Shown: piece by piece, positions 60,153 to 64,000 of the stretch | How positions within the stretch are numbered: position 1 is the first letter of the stretch | How the letters are laid out: each line of letters starts with the position of its first letter | The notes under the pieces: generated by a model | Databases searched by the model: none | Told to the model about the DNA's origin: nothing | The model's input: the letters and a program-made list of their open reading frames with translations, nothing else | Origin: a bacterium | GTDB lineage: Bacteria > UBA8248 | Assembly: GCA_965204535.1 (NCBI GenBank) | Contig: CBDBEV010000001.1 | Span: 2,906,892-2,970,891 of the forward strand | DNA: 64,000 bases | Direction: 5' to 3' | Made by a program: the position numbers and the translations under genes

Positions 60153-60587
60153 ATGGCATTCGGACTTAACCGCGCGGAACTGATCGGGCGTCTCGGCGCC
60201 GACGTCACCATCAACCACCTCGCGAGCGGCGGCCGCGTCGCCAACCTCTCGATCGCCACGGATGAGGGCTACGTCGACAAGCAGTCCGGCGAGCGGGTGG
60301 ACAAGACCGAATGGCACCGGGTCGTCACCTTCCAGCCCGGGCTGGTGGACATGTTCGAGAAGCACGCGAAGAAGGGCCGCCTGGTCTACGTCGCGGGCAA
60401 GCTCCAGACCCGCCGCTGGAAGAAGGACGATGAGGACTCGGACCGGTTCTCGACCGAGATCCTCATCGCGCCGGGCGGGCGCGTCCAGTTCCTCGACAAG
60501 GTGAACGGGAACGGCAATGGTAACGGCGCGCACCCCGAGACGACGGCGGTGGCGGCTGGCGTAGCCGGGGACGACATCCCGTTCTAG
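60153..60587 (+). CDS. ssb: Single-stranded DNA-binding protein
   Basis: LN...LIGRLG.D, TEWHRVV, KG.LVYV.G.LQTR.W, C-terminal DDIPF. Confidence 0.95.
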   Translation: MAFGLNRAELIGRLGADVTINHLASGGRVANLSIATDEGYVDKQSGERVDKTEWHRVVTFQPGLVDMFEKHAKKGRLVYVAGKLQTRRWKKDDEDSDRFSTEILIAPGGRVQFLDKVNGNGNGNGAHPETTAVAAGVAGDDIPF

Positions 60588-60595
60588 GCTCACCA

Positions 60596-60628
60596 GGGGT
60601 CGGCGCTTCGGCGTCGGCCCCTTTTTTT
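60596..60628 (+). terminator. Intrinsic terminator after ssb
   Basis: ggggtcggcgc-ttcg-gcgtcggcccc followed by ttttttt. Confidence 0.8.
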
Positions 60629-60927
60629 CTGCTCCTTATCCAGAGGAAGTCCGCCCTGCCTGCTCTCTCATCTACCGGGAGCACCCGGTAAATCTCCGGT
60701 TCCGTGAACGATAAACCGTGTTCCCGGAAGATCGGCATGCTCCTGCCAATCATCCCATAATTCCAGATAGTGGCTCGGTCCACCCCCCGCTGCGGGAATT
60801 TCGGGCCGGAAAAAACGGCCCGAAATGACCCTTTCCGCAGCATGAGAGACTGTTTCCCGATGAGCTTCGCCTTCATCGTGAAACACCAAAGGCTCTTGTG
60901 TCCCGGTGGCGGTACTACCCTCTCTCT

Positions 60928-61156
60928 CTTAGCGTCCTCATTTTAGCACGAACGCCGAGCGAATAAAGGGTGGCCGCAGGCGGCCATCATTTGCCGGTGC
61001 CCCCCAAAAAACGTCGAGCGACGAAAAACAGGAGCGCCGCTCTATGAAGCGTGTTTTTCGGGAACCCCCCGGAAAATGACAAGCCCTTGATTCGCCCGCC
61101 TACGGGCATCGGTAACACCGTCCGATGCCCTTACGTGCTGAAAATGGGGCGCTAAG
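60928..61156. promoter_or_regulatory. Long imperfect hairpin, candidate Frpo-type ssDNA promoter
   Basis: 60928-60950 pairs with 61134-61156; 60959-60970 pairs with 61084-61095; further inner pairings. Confidence 0.6.
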
Positions 61157-61192
61157 AAGCGCATCCGTTAACTCTCTACGAAGGAGAAAGGC

Positions 61193-61567
61193 ATGGAAAC
61201 CACCGTGGTGAACCTGAACGACTACGTTGCGCCTCAATTCGGCGGCGGATTGCTGGTCAGGATCGACCGCATGACCAAGTGGGGAAACCCCTTCCGCATC
61301 GGCCAGGACGGCGAGCGCGCCGAGGTCATCGAGAAATACCGGCGATGGCTCTGGGAAAGAATCCGGCGCGAGGAGCAGGACCTCTACGAACTCGCCGACC
61401 TGCAAGGCTGCGAGCTCGGCTGCCACTGCCATCCCCTCCCGTGCCACGGCGACGTACTCGCACGCGCCGCCGAGTGGGCCGCCAGGTATCTCGACGGGAT
61501 GCCGAAAGAAGTGGGGCGCAACGAGCGTGGCTACGCTCTTCCCGAATTCAATCATCCCCTCGCCTGA
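61193..61567 (+). CDS. DUF4326 family protein
   Basis: IDR.TKWGNPF.IG..G.R.EVIEKY..WL, L.G..LGC.C.P.PCHGDVL. Confidence 0.88.
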   Translation: METTVVNLNDYVAPQFGGGLLVRIDRMTKWGNPFRIGQDGERAEVIEKYRRWLWERIRREEQDLYELADLQGCELGCHCHPLPCHGDVLARAAEWAARYLDGMPKEVGRNERGYALPEFNHPLA

Positions 61568-61588
61568 GGACAACGAAAGGAGTGAACG

Positions 61589-62548
61589 ATGACTGCCACC
61601 GCGACACACGACCACAAGGAGAGCATCATGCACGAGGTTGACAACATCGAAGCGCAGAACGAATCCTTCACCGCCATGGTCTGCGAGCAGGCCGCCCTCT
61701 TCGGCGCGACCCCCGGCCCTGACGAGTTCGACAACCGCCCCGTGTGGGGCGAGGCGGAGTCCACCGCCGCCGTCCTCAAGGCATTCCACCTGCTCGCCGA
61801 GGCCGCGCCCGACGGCACGCAACTGGCCGACGAGCGGGCGAGTCTCCTCTGGGGCTTCGTCAACACCCTCGACGCCCAGACACAGCGGCTCGACCGCGCC
61901 GCCGACAAGCTCATCCCCGGCATCCGTGAACTGCAGCGCGAGCAGGACGGCTCCGAGATCAGGTCGCGCGAACTCGAACTCGCCACCGACCGGGCCGAGA
62001 ATCTCACCGCCCGCCGCGACGCCTTCGAAGGATTGCGCGACACGGCCGCAGAGGCCTACCGCGTCGAGACCGGCGAGGTATGGCGGCCCAGGCGAGGGTC
62101 GCACGTCTCTCAGACCGGCAAGCTGACCTCTGCGGTGATCGAGGCGCGTGACTTCCAGCGCGCGAAAAAGGACCGCGAGAACACGGCCCACCTCCCCCAG
62201 GGAACCCTCGTCGCCGTCGCGGGAGGCAAGGAAGCCACCGACGCGGGCAAGATCATCGGCCAGCTCGACAAGCTGAAAGCCAAGTACGCCGACGTCGTCC
62301 TCGTCCACGGCGGCGGCCCCGGCGCCGAGAAGGTCGCGGCGGGATGGGCCGAACGTAACGGCGTCCACCAGATCGTCTGCAAGCCCGACTGGGACGCCCA
62401 CGGCAGGGCCGCTCCCTTCAGGCGCAACGACGAGCTGCTCTCCCTCCTTCCCAAGGGCGTGATCGCGTTCCCGGGTTCGGGCATCACGGACAACCTCGTC
62501 GACAAGGCCAGAGCGCTCGGCATCCCCGTCCAGAAAATCGCCGCCTGA
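61589..62548 (+). CDS. DUF2493 / YspA-like SLOG-domain protein
   Basis: N-terminal LLWGFVN..H/D helical domain, TGE.W.P; C-terminal VAGG, LVHGG..GAE..A..WA, A.FRRN, FPG.G.T.NL..KA...GIPV. Confidence 0.85.
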   Translation: MTATATHDHKESIMHEVDNIEAQNESFTAMVCEQAALFGATPGPDEFDNRPVWGEAESTAAVLKAFHLLAEAAPDGTQLADERASLLWGFVNTLDAQTQRLDRAADKLIPGIRELQREQDGSEIRSRELELATDRAENLTARRDAFEGLRDTAAEAYRVETGEVWRPRRGSHVSQTGKLTSAVIEARDFQRAKKDRENTAHLPQGTLVAVAGGKEATDAGKIIGQLDKLKAKYADVVLVHGGGPGAEKVAAGWAERNGVHQIVCKPDWDAHGRAAPFRRNDELLSLLPKGVIAFPGSGITDNLVDKARALGIPVQKIAA

Positions 62549-63226
62549 CGTGAACGATCAACGGGCCGCGTCGCCATCCCCGCACCACCGGCGGCGCGGC
62601 TCGTTGCTTCCCGTGTCGTTCGCCTGCTTGTGATGTAAAGCGCAAGCTGCAGCGCCCCGTGCGTCCGCCGCTTGTGAATCCAGGCGCAAGCTCCGGCGCC
62701 CTCACTCCCTCTTGCCACTCGCTCTGTCCGCTCAATCGCCGCTACGGCTCCCGCTCGCCATTCTCTCCGGCGAAAGTTCCCCCGACTCGTGTTCCATAAA
62801 ATCCCTCCACCTGACGCCCTGCGGCGTTTCGGGTTGTACACCGGACGCATCGCTGATGCGGGTGTCGCGTTGGTGCGACTGCCCGCGATATGCTGTGAAA
62901 ATTCGCATCCCCGGGTAGCCCTGTCGTGTCGGAAAAAGCAATACCATTCTGGTATCATGCTATCTCCTTGAAATCCGTGCACTTAAAAATGGCGCAGGCT
63001 CATTGTAATACGATGTAATACGGAGATTCTATGCAAGATACCAGATTGGTAGCACCCGGAGGTGCGCTGCGCTATGATGGCTACCATTTTGGTAGTTCAT
63101 GAAACGGCGTCACGGGTATCATTTTGGGACCCGATGCGGGTGTGTTTGGTGCAGAAAATGAGAATTTTTGCGGTCGTTTTGCGACCGGAAGGGATGAAAA
63201 TTTTCTCGAAATGAGAGACGAAACGG

Positions 63227-63577
63227 ATGGTTCAGACGATACAGAAGAACATCAGGGTCACGCCGGAACAGTGGAAACGAATTGAAAGTGAGGCCGAAAA
63301 ACGCGAAATGTCGCCCAACCGACTGGTGGTAGAGCTCGTGATGGAAGCCCTGGAGCGCCGCGAATGGCCCCGTACGGAAGCGGAAATCCATCTCCTGCGA
63401 TCGGCAATGTACGTTGCGCAGGCCATCATCCGCGAAATGGAAAGGACCGGGCGAGAAGAGGAAATCCAGCAAATCAGTCGAACCATCTCCGAAGTCGCAC
63501 CGGAATTGCCGGGCAAATCGACGAACAAAGGATCAGCTCAGTCTAAGCCCTCAAGCTCCACGGACGACAATATGTAA
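63227..63577 (+). CDS. Ribbon-helix-helix-like protein, possible relaxosome accessory
   Basis: QKNIRVT strand, then PEQW.RI...A....MS.N.LV.ELV..AL helices. Confidence 0.6.
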   Translation: MVQTIQKNIRVTPEQWKRIESEAEKREMSPNRLVVELVMEALERREWPRTEAEIHLLRSAMYVAQAIIREMERTGREEEIQQISRTISEVAPELPGKSTNKGSAQSKPSSSTDDNM

Positions 63578-63720
63578 GATATTGGCTCGAATTACCGCTA
63601 GTAAGAAGCAAAAAATGGTTAAGTCCTAAACTTGCTGGAAACTTTGGAGGGGTGCATCCTCGGCAGAGGCATCACAAAACCGTGCCGGTAAGCGCCGGCA
63701 CCAAACCGAGGAGGCACCCC

Positions 63721-64000
63721 ATGAAGAAGAGATTACAGGCATCGACGCACACTCGCCAAGCCCTGTCCGCCCTGATCGAAGGCCGCCTGTCGAGTCCCGA
63801 TGCGCGGGCCGACCTGGTGAAGCTCGCCACGCGGCTCATCGTGGAAGAAGCGCTGGAGGCGGAGAGCCGCGACGCTCTGGGCCGGGAATACTACGAGCAC
63901 GGAGCGAAGCCCGGCCAGGGCTACCGCAACGGCCATCGTGCAGGTCGTCTCAAGACGGCGGAAGGGTTCGTCGAGTTCGCGGCGCCTCAGATTGCCGGGC
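63721..64000 (+). mobile_element. IS256-family transposase, truncated by the window end
   Basis: gaggagg RBS; MKKRLQAS...IVEEALEAE.RDALGR.YYE......YRNG.R..RLKT.EG......PQ, the typical IS256 N-terminus. Confidence 0.85.

Overview
GC-rich bacterial chromosomal window in four parts. (1) 1-15 kb, core genes: two-component pair (PAS histidine kinase plus sigma-54 regulator), tmk-holB-ricT(PSP1)-metG-tatD/radical-SAM, a patatin and an Lhr helicase. (2) 15-23 kb: lipoprotein cytochrome c', DUF1330, a TAXI-TRAP transporter with two paralogous unknown genes, and a divergent amidohydrolase-fold enzyme plus Rieske ferredoxin. (3) 23-35.5 kb: one tightly packed minus-strand respiratory operon. An iodate-reductase-like module (two di-heme peroxidases, Rieske subunit, AioA/IdrA-family molybdoenzyme) runs directly into a cytochrome c, a GltD/NfnB-like Fe-S flavoprotein, a Rieske protein, cytochrome b and a tetraheme cytochrome. 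(4) 36-64 kb, accessory/mobile DNA: a Cre-like recombinase beside two inverted recombination sites that enclose a sigma-70 promoter upstream of two TbpB-like surface lipoproteins (candidate phase-variation switch); an IS66-like element carrying a DUF4338 gene that splits an AAA+ ATPase; tandem integrases; and a MobF relaxase element with ssb, DUF4326, DUF2493, a candidate ssDNA promoter and an RHH gene, ending in a partial IS256 transposase. Intergenic regions hold nested mosaics of several REP/MITE-like palindrome families. All family assignments come from motif recognition by eye; no database search was run.
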